Program-made: the position numbers and the translations under genes
The notes under the pieces: model-generated
Seen by the model: the letters and a program-made list of their open reading frames with translations, nothing else
Told to the model about the DNA's origin: nothing
Database searches by the model: none
Part shown: positions 27,889 to 36,841 of the stretch, one piece after another
How positions within the stretch are numbered: the stretch's first letter is position 1
Layout of the letters: each line of letters starts with the position of its first letter
Assembly (NCBI GenBank): GCA_003513495.1
Contig: DOPM01000043.1
Coordinates: 907 to 64,906 of the forward strand
DNA length: 64,000 nucleotides
Direction of reading: 5' to 3'
From: Desulfosporosinus sp.
Lineage (GTDB): Bacteria > Bacillota > Desulfitobacteriia > Desulfitobacteriales > Desulfitobacteriaceae

Positions 27889-29460
27889 CTAGTCTGGCCA
27901 TAATGATTTTATTCGACCGATCTTAAGAGCGAGAAAAAGATTAACCTGATTCTCCAGAGAGGATAGATCACGGTCTAGGATTTCAGAAGCTTTTTTAAGG
28001 CGATAGCGGAGGGTGTTGGGATGAAGATAAAGCTTCTCACCCGCTGCATTCAAGTCTGTGTTGCACGAGAAATAGGCTAATAATGTTTCTTCAAGAGCAA
28101 GATTACTTTCTTTGTCGAATTTAAGTAGAGGACCCAGAATTTCTGAACGATAGTCTTCTAATTCCTGGCGATCCAAACGGTGTAATAATCGCATAATGCC
28201 AAGGTCATAAAAAGGAATTAAGCGATCTGGTTTATCAAAGAGTTTTCCCAATTCGAGCGCTGTCCTTGCTTCTTGAAAACTCCGGTGTAGATAGCGCGCA
28301 GAATTATAAAGATTGCCAAGACCATATTGAAACGGTTGTTTGCCAGGGATGGAGTTGATAATTTTCAGGATCGGCTCAAGCAGCCCGAGCGCTTTACTGT
28401 GCCATTCTGATTGTGGAAGCATGTCCTGGAGGGGAAAGAGTAAAACAACCTGACCATTGCGTTCAAGACAAATTGTCTTAGGTTGGCGTTTATGCAAAAG
28501 TGTGGTCATTTCAGTCAATAATTCTTCGAAACGTTCGCGGTCGGCGGAATCGGGATCATAGCCAGTTATTTCGCCAACCACGACAAAGTGAGGTTTAGAG
28601 AAGTCCCATCCCCATAACTTGCCCCGCGAAATGATCACTTCTAGAGAATCAAAATTATTGTAAAGCAAATCAAAGAGAAAATCTCGATGGTGTTGGCGTT
28701 CGCTGTCCTGTATGCTTTGGGTCTTAACAAGTTCGAGTAAAATTAAAGTGGTTGTCTTATGAAGAAAGAATTGTTTGATACTTCCTATATTCTGGATGTC
28801 TTCCGCAAGTCCTAAGAAGCCTAGGACTCCTTTTGGCCCAGATAGAGGGCACCAGGTTAGTGGAACTGGATGAAGCTTTTTATCAGCCCATTGTCCTGTA
28901 TAGAGTGGGGCGAAGGGTTTAGGGAGGTTGGGTGATATGCGGGGAGGCTTGAAAGAGATGGGGACTAAGGGGACGGTTTTTCCTCCAGCCCATCCGAGGA
29001 CTTCGAGTTGCTTATTGATTAGGAAGATATCACACCCGAAAATTTCTTGTAAGCTGGCTAGAAATGAAAACCCCTTCCCACGAGTCAAATGTTCAGCGAT
29101 CATTTGTGTATAGCGTTCACTGGTCATAAGGACGCGTCCCAGTTCACGTTCCAACCAATCCGATGCTTTATCACAAATGATCGGCCAGGGAGAAGGGTTC
29201 TCTTGGGAAAAAAATAAGGTAATTTTTTGGTTAGAAACCTCGACAGTTAAAGAAATGGATCCGTTTGCCGTAGGTTCCAGAATTATAGTTTCACCGACAA
29301 GAGGTAATGAGAAGGTATTAATCCCTGAGAAGAGGATCGTTTGAATGGACAACTGGGAGATACTTTGGGTTAAAGTGTTATTGGAGCCGATGGCCTGTAA
29401 CGATAAAGCTTCTTGGAGGCGTCCCACCGTGATTGATTGGGGTAAATCGAGGTTGTCCAT
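27889..29460 (-). CDS. PucR/CdaR-family transcriptional regulator
   Basis: C-terminal PucR-type HTH (LNAAGEKLYLHPNTLRYRLKKASEIL). ATG 29460 follows GAGGTGG. The track start at 29469 is a GTG inside the RBS. Confidence 0.8.
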   Translation of the reverse strand: MDNLDLPQSITVGRLQEALSLQAIGSNNTLTQSISQLSIQTILFSGINTFSLPLVGETIILEPTANGSISLTVEVSNQKITLFFSQENPSPWPIICDKASDWLERELGRVLMTSERYTQMIAEHLTRGKGFSFLASLQEIFGCDIFLINKQLEVLGWAGGKTVPLVPISFKPPRISPNLPKPFAPLYTGQWADKKLHPVPLTWCPLSGPKGVLGFLGLAEDIQNIGSIKQFFLHKTTTLILLELVKTQSIQDSERQHHRDFLFDLLYNNFDSLEVIISRGKLWGWDFSKPHFVVVGEITGYDPDSADRERFEELLTEMTTLLHKRQPKTICLERNGQVVLLFPLQDMLPQSEWHSKALGLLEPILKIINSIPGKQPFQYGLGNLYNSARYLHRSFQEARTALELGKLFDKPDRLIPFYDLGIMRLLHRLDRQELEDYRSEILGPLLKFDKESNLALEETLLAYFSCNTDLNAAGEKLYLHPNTLRYRLKKASEILDRDLSSLENQVNLFLALKIGRIKSLWPD

Positions 29461-29498
29461 TATTTCCACCTCACTTGATCAATAGTTAAGATTGGAGC

Positions 29499-29528
29499 AC
29501 TTGTTATATTTAAGTATAACAAGTTTTT
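29499..29528. terminator. Hairpin between the ABC operon end and the PucR-like gene start
   Basis: Perfect 10-bp stem ACTTGTTATA / TATAACAAGT, 6-nt loop. T4 on the plus side, A-run on the other. Confidence 0.5.
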
Positions 29529-29606
29529 AGGAAATAGAGACATTTGAAGGAGTGATGAAGAACCTTTCTGCTTCGTGATAACAAAATCCAGCTAAAATAA
29601 GAGAAC

Positions 29607-30356
29607 TTACATCGTGGATATAAACGAGTCTCGCAACTCTTTCTTCAAAGCAAGAAAGTCAGGGTCATCCGGGCAACGAGGATAAGGAAAGGGGACGGAG
29701 ATAATTTCCCGAATTCTTCCCGGTGAGGATTCCATGACGATGATTCTTTGACCAAGGATTAAGGCCTCGTCGATGTCATGTGTGACATGAATGCAAGTTT
29801 TATGCGTGGATTTCCATAAGTTTAGAAAATCAGTCTGTAATTTAGTTCGGGTTTGTGCATCGAGAGCGGCGAAAGGCTCATCTAGTAATAAAATTAAGGG
29901 ATCAGCTGCCAAAGCCCGTGCAATTGCTGCTCTTTGAGCCATGCCCCCAGATAGTTGATTTGGCCAAGCTTTGGCAAAATTGCTTAACCCGACTATCTCA
30001 AGGAGTTCTTCGACAATCCTTTGCAGTCTTTTTTTTTCATACCGACCCTTTATCCCAAACCCAACATTCTCTTCAAGGGTCAACCATGGAAAAAGGCGGG
30101 GTTCTTGAAAAATCATACCTCGTTCTGGACCAGTAGTAGTTATTACCTTGCCATGAAGCAGGATTTGGCCTGATGCCTGTTTTTCTAAACCAGCGATTAT
30201 CCTAAGTAGGGTCGTCTTTCCGCATCCACTGGGGCCAAGTAAGCAAATTAACTCCCCCGAAGCCATCTCAAAGTGAATATTCTCAAGAGCAAGAACCTGC
30301 CCTTTACCTATAGTAAAGAATTTCGAGATATTTTTGATTTCTAGGAAATTTGCCAT
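29607..30356 (-). CDS. ABC transporter ATP-binding protein (NitT/TauT family: nitrate/sulfonate/bicarbonate type)
   Basis: Walker A GPSGCGKTT, signature LSGGMAQR, Walker B LLLDEP. Overlaps the permease gene by 16 nt. Confidence 0.9.
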   Translation of the reverse strand: MANFLEIKNISKFFTIGKGQVLALENIHFEMASGELICLLGPSGCGKTTLLRIIAGLEKQASGQILLHGKVITTTGPERGMIFQEPRLFPWLTLEENVGFGIKGRYEKKRLQRIVEELLEIVGLSNFAKAWPNQLSGGMAQRAAIARALAADPLILLLDEPFAALDAQTRTKLQTDFLNLWKSTHKTCIHVTHDIDEALILGQRIIVMESSPGRIREIISVPFPYPRCPDDPDFLALKKELRDSFISTM

Positions 30357-31204
30357 TTTTGTACCTCTTCAGTGTCTACCTTTTCTTGCCAAGGTAAGAA
30401 TCTCTTTTCTAAACGAGTAACGATGAAATCTAAGGAGAGACCGATTAGGCCGATCACGAATACCCCTACGAGCATTAAATCGGGCTGAGCCATTTCACGG
30501 CCTTCCTGGATCAAATAGCCAATGCCCCTAGAAGCCCCCAGTAATTCGGCTGCAACTAAGGAACGCCAACAAAAGCTAAGACCGAGCCTCATACCGACAA
30601 ACACAGAAGGAGCAGCTGATGGAAGATAGACTCGTCTCATTAGACCCCAGTGAGAAAGACCATAGGTGTAAGCAACTTCCTTCAGCTTGGGATCGGTACT
30701 GGCGATGCCTAGGAACGTATTAAGAAAAATGGGAAAAAAGGCAGAATAAACAATGATAGCAATCTTAGAGGCCTCGTCAATGCCCAACCAGAGGATGAAC
30801 ATAGGAATCCATGCAATGGCAGGTATTTGTTGAAAAAAGCTTAAACTGGGAGATAGAAAGCCGCGGACGCCCGGCAATAGGCCAAGGAGGAAGCCTAAAG
30901 GAAGAGCCAGAGCCAGGGCCAGGCCGAAACCGAAAAACACACGGTACAGGCTGGCTCCAATGTGTCTTACGAGTTGTCCGTTAACGGCAGCTGTTAAAAG
31001 GCGATCCCAAATCTGTGAGGGCGGGGGTAGGAGGTAGGTATTTATATAGCCCAAACGACTAAGAACCTCCCAGAGAACTAAGAGCAATATGGGAAGAGCT
31101 AACCCCTTCAACATTTTAATACAAAGTTGTTTTTCGGTGGGCAGTATAAACGCTCCCGTCAAAGTTGTCGGCATTTCTCGCTGGTGATTTGCGGAAGCCT
31201 TCAT
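30341..31204 (-). CDS. ABC transporter permease (NitT/TauT family)
   Basis: Polytopic BPD-transporter-like protein. ATG 31204 (MKASANH) follows GGAGG. The track start is 31216. Confidence 0.85.
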   Translation of the reverse strand: MKASANHQREMPTTLTGAFILPTEKQLCIKMLKGLALPILLLVLWEVLSRLGYINTYLLPPPSQIWDRLLTAAVNGQLVRHIGASLYRVFFGFGLALALALPLGFLLGLLPGVRGFLSPSLSFFQQIPAIAWIPMFILWLGIDEASKIAIIVYSAFFPIFLNTFLGIASTDPKLKEVAYTYGLSHWGLMRRVYLPSAAPSVFVGMRLGLSFCWRSLVAAELLGASRGIGYLIQEGREMAQPDLMLVGVFVIGLIGLSLDFIVTRLEKRFLPWQEKVDTEEVQKWQIS

Positions 31205-31334
31205 ATTAACCTCCATTTGCCGCTATCACAGGCGACACAATATATAGCAATGAAAAATGGTACATCCGGAAGATTCTTCACTTCGTTCAGAATTCCCACG
31301 CGTTGCAGCGCCACAATAAACGAAAAATTATACC

Positions 31335-31395
31335 TGTCATCCTGAGCGTCAGCGAAGGGTCTAGATCCTTCAGTCGTACCTCTTTCAGGATGACA
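31335..31395. repeat. REP/MITE-like compound hairpin inside the ABC operon intergenic gap
   Basis: TGTCATCCTGA (31335-31345) / TCAGGATGACA (31385-31395), perfect 11 bp, with an inner GAAGG..CCTTC stem. Belongs to the GTCATCCTGAGCG...AGCGAAGG sequence type seen as intergenic repeats in many genomes. Confidence 0.6.
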
Positions 31396-31410
31396 TAGTG
31401 CTTGGGTTGC

Positions 31411-32403
31411 CTACGTCGTAGGTAAGTAACTTGGATCGACTAAATCGTTTATGACCTTATTAATGTCTACGTCGGAACGGATCATGCCCTCTTTTTGCAA
31501 AAAGGAAGCAGATTTCAGCAAGTCACTCTTAACCTCATCGAGATTCATCTCAAAGTTAAAGATAGGATAAAGAGCCTTGACTGCTTTGATGTCCATTTGA
31601 TTTTTCTGAGCGGTCATGGTTAAGGCTTCCTCTATGTTGGCTTCGCTCCAGTCAATGGAAGCCTTGTGGACGTTTAGGTAACGTTTTACTAGCTCGGGTT
31701 GAGTTTGGGCAAATTCACTGCGCACGGCAATCACGGCTAAACCGGGAATTAATCCTTCCGCCGAATTCAGTTTTTTAATCTTACCAGTAGCAACGGCCTT
31801 GGAAAGCAGTGGTTCAGGGAGAATTGTGGCATCAACATGTCCTGCAGCAAGAGCAGCTGTCGCGGCCGTTGAATCCATATTAATTAGTTCAAGGTCCTGA
31901 GTCGTTAGTTGAACGTCTGCCAAAGCCCGGATTAACATCTCATGGAGCATGGTTCCCTTTTGCAAAGCAATTTTCTTTCCTTTGAGGTCGGCCACTGTGT
32001 TTACTGATCCGTCCGTTTTAACAACCAGATTGATTCCTTTAGGAAAGCGGGAGTAGGAGGCTACGATTTTAAGGTCATTACCATTGGCTTTGGCTAAAAT
32101 AGCCGAAACATAGTTAAGGCTATTGGCAAAATCAAGTGATTTGGCAGCTAACGCTTCAAGTTGGTTGCTTGGAACAGAAATATCATGCCATTTGAATTCT
32201 ATACCATCTTTCTGAAACTCACTTTCGAACAGCTTTTTTTCCTGAGCTACAATCGAAGGGACGTTAATAGGTCTAGAGACGTAAGAGGCGTTGATTGTTT
32301 TAGGTTTTTCGGGTAAGGATTGATTGGAGGTTTTTAAGGGTGTACACCCCGCAAGGAGGATGGTAAATAATGCAAGAACGAAGAACATCTTTGAGCGAAA
32401 CAT
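31411..32403 (-). CDS. ABC transporter substrate-binding lipoprotein (NMT1/sulfonate-type)
   Basis: Signal peptide with lipobox LLAGC. Gene order is SBP-permease-ATPase. ATG 32403 was chosen over GTG 32412. Confidence 0.8.
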   Translation of the reverse strand: MFRSKMFFVLALFTILLAGCTPLKTSNQSLPEKPKTINASYVSRPINVPSIVAQEKKLFESEFQKDGIEFKWHDISVPSNQLEALAAKSLDFANSLNYVSAILAKANGNDLKIVASYSRFPKGINLVVKTDGSVNTVADLKGKKIALQKGTMLHEMLIRALADVQLTTQDLELINMDSTAATAALAAGHVDATILPEPLLSKAVATGKIKKLNSAEGLIPGLAVIAVRSEFAQTQPELVKRYLNVHKASIDWSEANIEEALTMTAQKNQMDIKAVKALYPIFNFEMNLDEVKSDLLKSASFLQKEGMIRSDVDINKVINDLVDPSYLPTT

Positions 32404-32703
32404 AATAATCACAATCCTTTACTTTCTGCTTGAGCTTAAACGATACACTCACTTGTTCTATAGTTTAACATAACCAAGCCGTAGGAACTACTCTATAAAA
32501 TGGAAAACTAGACAGCTATCCGCATGTAAACAAGTGGATACACGTATTGATTTGTTTACATAGTCTAGAGTCGAGAATCCAATGCAGATCAGGTATTCTA
32601 ATGTGTCAAAATGTGTATGAGAGTATACATCTATAAATCTTAGTGTTTTCGGGATTTGATAAGGTTAAAGTGGATTAATCCTTGACTGGACTTAAAGCAG
32701 AAG

Positions 32704-32767
32704 ATTCTAAATATACAGATAAGATACTTGGCATGGCAATTGCATAATAATTCTGTATATTTAGAAT
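32704..32767. promoter_or_regulatory. Perfect 16-bp inverted repeat in a divergent intergenic region
   Basis: ATTCTAAATATACAGA (32704-32719) and TCTGTATATTTAGAAT (32752-32767), separated by 32 nt. Confidence 0.4.
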
Positions 32768-32903
32768 AGAGTGTCAAGACATGTAGTATTTTCATCGATC
32801 AACAAGGGGCATTGATTTCAACACAAAGACTGATAAGTGGACCTCCCCTACCTTAAGTTGACCTTTGACTTGACGGGGAAGAGCGAAGAAAGAGGTGAAT
32901 ACA

Positions 32904-33455
32904 TTGAGTGTGATGCAGTCCACAGCGAGCATAGCCAAGCGTGGTTTGGTGATGGTAATTACGGGTAACGGCAAGGGCAAGACAACATCATCCTTTGGCC
33001 AGGCCTTACGGGCTATTGGACAGGGCTACAAGGTATGCATTATTCAGTTTATGAAGGGACGTAAATATGGAGAGGTGATTGCCGCGGAAAAGTACCTCCC
33101 GGACTTGCATGTCTATCAATTTGGACTGGATAGTTTTGTCATGCGGAACAATCCTGCGCCTGTAGACGTGGAGATGGCCCAGCAAGGTTTCGAAAAAGCT
33201 AAAGAGATCATTGCCAGTAGGGAATATAACATGGTCATCCTGGATGAGATTAATGTGGCCGTGGACTTTAAGCTTATTCCGGAGGAAGAAGTGCTAGAGA
33301 TGGTTAAAAATAAGCCAGCAGAATTGGATTTATTGTTAAGCGGCCGCTATGCTTCCGATAAGTTGAGAGAGATAGCAGATTTGGTAAGTGAAGTTACTGA
33401 GATAAAACATCACTATAGTGCGGGGATTAAAGATAGGGCAGGAATTGAGTACTAG
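32904..33455 (+). CDS. cobO: Cob(I)alamin / cob(I)yrinic acid a,c-diamide adenosyltransferase (CobA/CobO/BtuR type)
   Basis: P-loop GNGKGKTTSSFG and the family-typical C-terminus HHYSAGIKDRAGIEY. TTG 32904 lies 6 nt after AGAGGTG. The track start is 32895. Confidence 0.85.
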   Translation: MSVMQSTASIAKRGLVMVITGNGKGKTTSSFGQALRAIGQGYKVCIIQFMKGRKYGEVIAAEKYLPDLHVYQFGLDSFVMRNNPAPVDVEMAQQGFEKAKEIIASREYNMVILDEINVAVDFKLIPEEEVLEMVKNKPAELDLLLSGRYASDKLREIADLVSEVTEIKHHYSAGIKDRAGIEY

Positions 33456-33488
33456 TATTAAACAATGAACCATGAGGAGGGAATAACT

Positions 33489-35171
33489 TTGATTACTGAT
33501 GATTTAGTAAACAAGTCGAGCGCCTTAAGACAAAAATGGGAAGATGAAGTTAAAAAAATAGTGGCCAAACACCCTGACCAAAAAGAAAGCTGGACCACCG
33601 TTTCTGATTTGGGAATCAAGAGAATATATGGCCCCGAGGACATTAAAGATATGGATTTTGAGCGGGATATAGCTTATCCGGGACAATATCCCTATTTGAG
33701 AGGCTGTCAGCCCTCCGGTTACCGTGGAAAATACTGGACCTTCAGAATGTTTTCCGGTATGGGTACAGCTGTTGAAACCAATAAGCGCTGGAAATACCTG
33801 TTAGCCACCGGCCAGACCGGCCTGAGTACTGCCTTTGATTTCCCGACCCTGATGGGTTATGATACTGATTCCCCCAAAGCCAGGGGTGAGTGTGGAAAAG
33901 TAGGGGTGGCTATTGATAGCATCGATGATTTCAGAGACCTGATCAGCGGGATTCCTCTGGATAAGATAACCACCTCTATGACCATTAACCCGCCTGCAAC
34001 TATATTATGGGCCATGTATATTGCCTGTGCCCAGGAACAGGGAATTCCTCTGAACAAAATCGGCGGTACCATTCAGAATGATATGTTAAAAGAATTTATT
34101 GCTCAGAAAACCTTTATGTGCCCGCCCGAGCCGTCAGTAAAATTAATTAGCGATACCATAGAGTTTGGTACCAAATATGTGCCCAAGTGGAATACCGTCA
34201 GTATCAGCGGTTATCACATCAGAGAAGCCGGGTCAACTGCTGTACAGGAACTGGCCTTCACTTTAAGAGACGGAATGGAATATGTAGAAGACGTGGTCAG
34301 ACGTAAAGGTTTACAGGTTGATGAATTTGCGCCCAGGTTATCCTTCTTCTTTAACTCGCATATCGATTTCTTTGAAGAAATTGCTAAATTAAGAGCTGCT
34401 CGCCGGATCTGGGCTAAAGCAATGCGTGAGCGTTATGGTGCCAAGGACCCGCGTTCCTTATGGATGAGATTCCATACCCAGACTGCCGGTTGTTCGCTTA
34501 CCGCCCAGCAGCCCTACAATAACGTGGTGCGGACTGCTATTCAAGCTCTGGCTGGTGTTCTCGGCGGCACCCAGTCACTGCACACCAACTCGCTGGACGA
34601 AGTTCTGTGTCTGCCTTCAGACCATGCAGTGCAAATTGCCCTGCGGACTCAGCAGATTATCGCTGAAGAAACCGGTGTGGCCAGCACTATTGACCCGCTG
34701 GCCGGTTCATATTTCGTGGAAGCGCTGACCAATGAAATGGAAGAAAAAGCTTGGGAATATATTCATAAGATCGACGATATGGGCGGTATGGTTGCTGCTA
34801 TCGAGAAGGGCTTCCCGCAGCTGGAAATTTCCGATGCTTCTTATAAATTCCAAAAGCAAATTGATGCTCAGGAAAAAGTCATGATCGGTGTGAACAAGTA
34901 TGTTCAGGAAGATGAACAGGTTGACATTCCGATAGTAGAAATAGATGACTCCGTTGAAGCAGAACAGCTCAATCGTCTGGCTGAAGTTAAGAGAAAGCGC
35001 GACAACCGTAAAGTGGCCGAAACACTTAAAGACATCGAGGCGGCTTGTAAGAAAGGCGAAAATGTTATGCCTTATTGTATTGAGGCGGTTAAGAACTATG
35101 CCACTGTTCAGGAAATCTGCGATGTTTACAGGGGAGTTTATGGTGAGTATCGCGACCCTGGCATTTACTAA
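33489..35171 (+). CDS. Adenosylcobalamin-dependent acyl-CoA mutase large (substrate-binding) subunit, ICM/HCM-sized
   Basis: About 560 aa TIM-barrel mutase: GQTGLSTAFDFPTLMGYD, GTIQNDMLKEFIAQK, ISGYHIREAG. TTG 33489 lies 7 nt after GAGGAGGG. The alternative ATG 33465 lacks an RBS. Confidence 0.9.
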   Translation: MITDDLVNKSSALRQKWEDEVKKIVAKHPDQKESWTTVSDLGIKRIYGPEDIKDMDFERDIAYPGQYPYLRGCQPSGYRGKYWTFRMFSGMGTAVETNKRWKYLLATGQTGLSTAFDFPTLMGYDTDSPKARGECGKVGVAIDSIDDFRDLISGIPLDKITTSMTINPPATILWAMYIACAQEQGIPLNKIGGTIQNDMLKEFIAQKTFMCPPEPSVKLISDTIEFGTKYVPKWNTVSISGYHIREAGSTAVQELAFTLRDGMEYVEDVVRRKGLQVDEFAPRLSFFFNSHIDFFEEIAKLRAARRIWAKAMRERYGAKDPRSLWMRFHTQTAGCSLTAQQPYNNVVRTAIQALAGVLGGTQSLHTNSLDEVLCLPSDHAVQIALRTQQIIAEETGVASTIDPLAGSYFVEALTNEMEEKAWEYIHKIDDMGGMVAAIEKGFPQLEISDASYKFQKQIDAQEKVMIGVNKYVQEDEQVDIPIVEIDDSVEAEQLNRLAEVKRKRDNRKVAETLKDIEAACKKGENVMPYCIEAVKNYATVQEICDVYRGVYGEYRDPGIY

Positions 35172-35226
35172 GATTGAGTTTGAAAATTAGAAATTGTTTC
35201 TCGCAAAATTGGAGGAGGTAAGTGTG

Positions 35227-35631
35227 ATGGCAGAGAGAAGAATTCGTATACTATTGTCTAAACCCGGCCTGGATGGCCATGATCGCGGGGCTAAGGTCTT
35301 AGCTAGGTGCTTCAGGGATGCCGGCTTTGAGGTAATTTATACCGGATGTCACCAGACGCCGGAGCAAATAGCTGCTGCTGCTATTCAGGAAGATGTTGAT
35401 GTTGTAGGCTTAAGCTGTTTATCAGGTGCACACAAGTACCTGTTCCCTCAAGTAGTTAAACTTTTGAAGGCGGAAGGTGCCGACGATATCACCGTTATCG
35501 GTGGAGGGATTATTCCGGAGCAGGATATGCAGCCTCTTTATGACGCAGGTCTAAAAGCATTATTTACACCGGGAGCCAAACTTGATTCACTGGTGGAGTG
35601 GATTAATACAAATGTAACTCCAAGGGCGTGA
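35227..35631 (+). CDS. Acyl-CoA mutase small subunit (B12-binding domain)
   Basis: Canonical DxHxxG (LDGHDRG), SxL and GGG motifs. ATG 35227 follows GGAGGAGG. Confidence 0.9.
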   Translation: MAERRIRILLSKPGLDGHDRGAKVLARCFRDAGFEVIYTGCHQTPEQIAAAAIQEDVDVVGLSCLSGAHKYLFPQVVKLLKAEGADDITVIGGGIIPEQDMQPLYDAGLKALFTPGAKLDSLVEWINTNVTPRA

Positions 35632-36599
35632 GTGCGATGAAAGAATTAGGACAAAAAGTATTGGCGGGAGATGTGCGTTCAGCCTCCCGCCTCATCAGAA
35701 ACCTGGAAGATCAAATACCCGGTACCCACGTTGCTATGCAGGAGATTTTTACGAAAACCGGTAATGCCCATGTCATAGGGATTACCGGTGCCCCGGGAGC
35801 CGGTAAAAGTACCTTGACAGATGAACTGGTTTTTTCCTGGCGTCAGAGAAACAAGACTGTCGGTGTTCTGGCAGTAGACCCCACCAGCCCCTTTACCGGG
35901 GGGGCACTTTTGGGAGATAGAATCCGTATGCTGCGGCATGCTGAGGATAAAGGGGTATTTCTGCGCAGCCTGGCTACTAGGGGTTCTATGGGCGGTATAT
36001 CCAAGGCTGTGGGAGAAGGCATCCATGTCATGGATGCTATGGGCAAAGACACCATAATCGTGGAAACTGTAGGGGTGGGTCAGCAAGAGGTAGAAATCAT
36101 TAATCACGCTCATACCGTAATAGTTGTCCTGGTGCCCGGTATGGGGGATGAAATACAGGCTCTTAAAGCCGGTTTAATGGAGATAGCAGACATCTTTATC
36201 ATTAATAAGGCAGACCGTGACGGTGCCGCGAGCTTGTATAAAGAAGTCACGAACATGGTTCACATGTCTGTTACTAAAGGTGGTTGGGAGATACCTGTAT
36301 TACTGGTGGAAAGCGTACAGGAACCTAAAAAATTCGCCGAAAGTGTGTCGGCTGTATGCGATAAGATAGAAGATCATTATCGCTACCTGGTGGACAAAAA
36401 CCTTTTGTCTGAGCGTTTGCGCCGTAAGACTGCTGCTGAATTTAATGAAGCTCTGTGGGCGGCAATCCTGCAGCCGGTATTAAATGACCTGGATGCAGGC
36501 GGAGAAATGGAAAAAATGGTTGATCAGTTATTGAAAAAAGAAACAGATCCATATACTCTGGCAGCGGAAGTAGCCGTCAGGTATAAAAACAAGGTCTAA
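35628..36599 (+). CDS. meaB: MeaB/ArgK-type G-protein chaperone for B12 mutases
   Basis: P-loop GAPGAGKST, NKADR (NKxD). GTG start overlaps the stop of the small subunit gene. Confidence 0.9.
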   Translation: MSAMKELGQKVLAGDVRSASRLIRNLEDQIPGTHVAMQEIFTKTGNAHVIGITGAPGAGKSTLTDELVFSWRQRNKTVGVLAVDPTSPFTGGALLGDRIRMLRHAEDKGVFLRSLATRGSMGGISKAVGEGIHVMDAMGKDTIIVETVGVGQQEVEIINHAHTVIVVLVPGMGDEIQALKAGLMEIADIFIINKADRDGAASLYKEVTNMVHMSVTKGGWEIPVLLVESVQEPKKFAESVSAVCDKIEDHYRYLVDKNLLSERLRRKTAAEFNEALWAAILQPVLNDLDAGGEMEKMVDQLLKKETDPYTLAAEVAVRYKNKV

Positions 36600-36613
36600 A
36601 ATTATGACATTAG

Positions 36614-36728
36614 CTTCTGATATAGTTAGGGCTTATGCTTGCTTAGAGCACCTGTCCTTTCTGAGTTAACTTTGCTGTGGTATGCCTTTGTTATATCAGA
36701 AGGGCGGGTGCTTCTACATTATTTTTTT
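36614..36728 (+). promoter_or_regulatory. Leader with two mutually exclusive pairings ending in a T-run (possible attenuator)
   Basis: A CTTCTGATATA (36614-36624) pairs with A' TATATCAGAAG (36692-36702), 11/11. A' overlaps AGAAG, which can instead pair with CTTCT (36711-36715). B TAGAGCACC (36644-36652) pairs with B' GGTGCTTCTA (36707-36716). T7 lies at 36722-36728. Confidence 0.35.
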
Positions 36729-36841
36729 GCATTGAGAAATGTTTATTGCATTTAATTTTGCATAAACCTTTACTTTATCGGCACAGTGGAGTGACTTATC
36801 TTTAAAGTTTATTTAACACTGGCTTTGAAGGATGTTAGAGC

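Noticed and set aside
27659-27901. 80-aa minus-strand ORF between the PucR-like and TorD-like genes.
   Set aside because: It spans two terminator hairpins and the promoter region and has no RBS. Regarded as spurious.
32413-32903. Looked for a cobalamin riboswitch upstream of the cobO/mutase cluster.
   Set aside because: No B12-box-like core (GCCACTG context) or the surrounding conserved helices could be recognised on either strand.
35679-36113. Antisense ORFs inside well-supported genes. Examples: 35679-36113, 17403-17789, 42596-43048, 62561-63007, 13306-13755, 25462-25830, 52614-52955 and 60018-60392.
   Set aside because: All lie opposite or out of frame within genes that carry strong family motifs. 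They lack RBSs and have skewed compositions typical of shadow ORFs.
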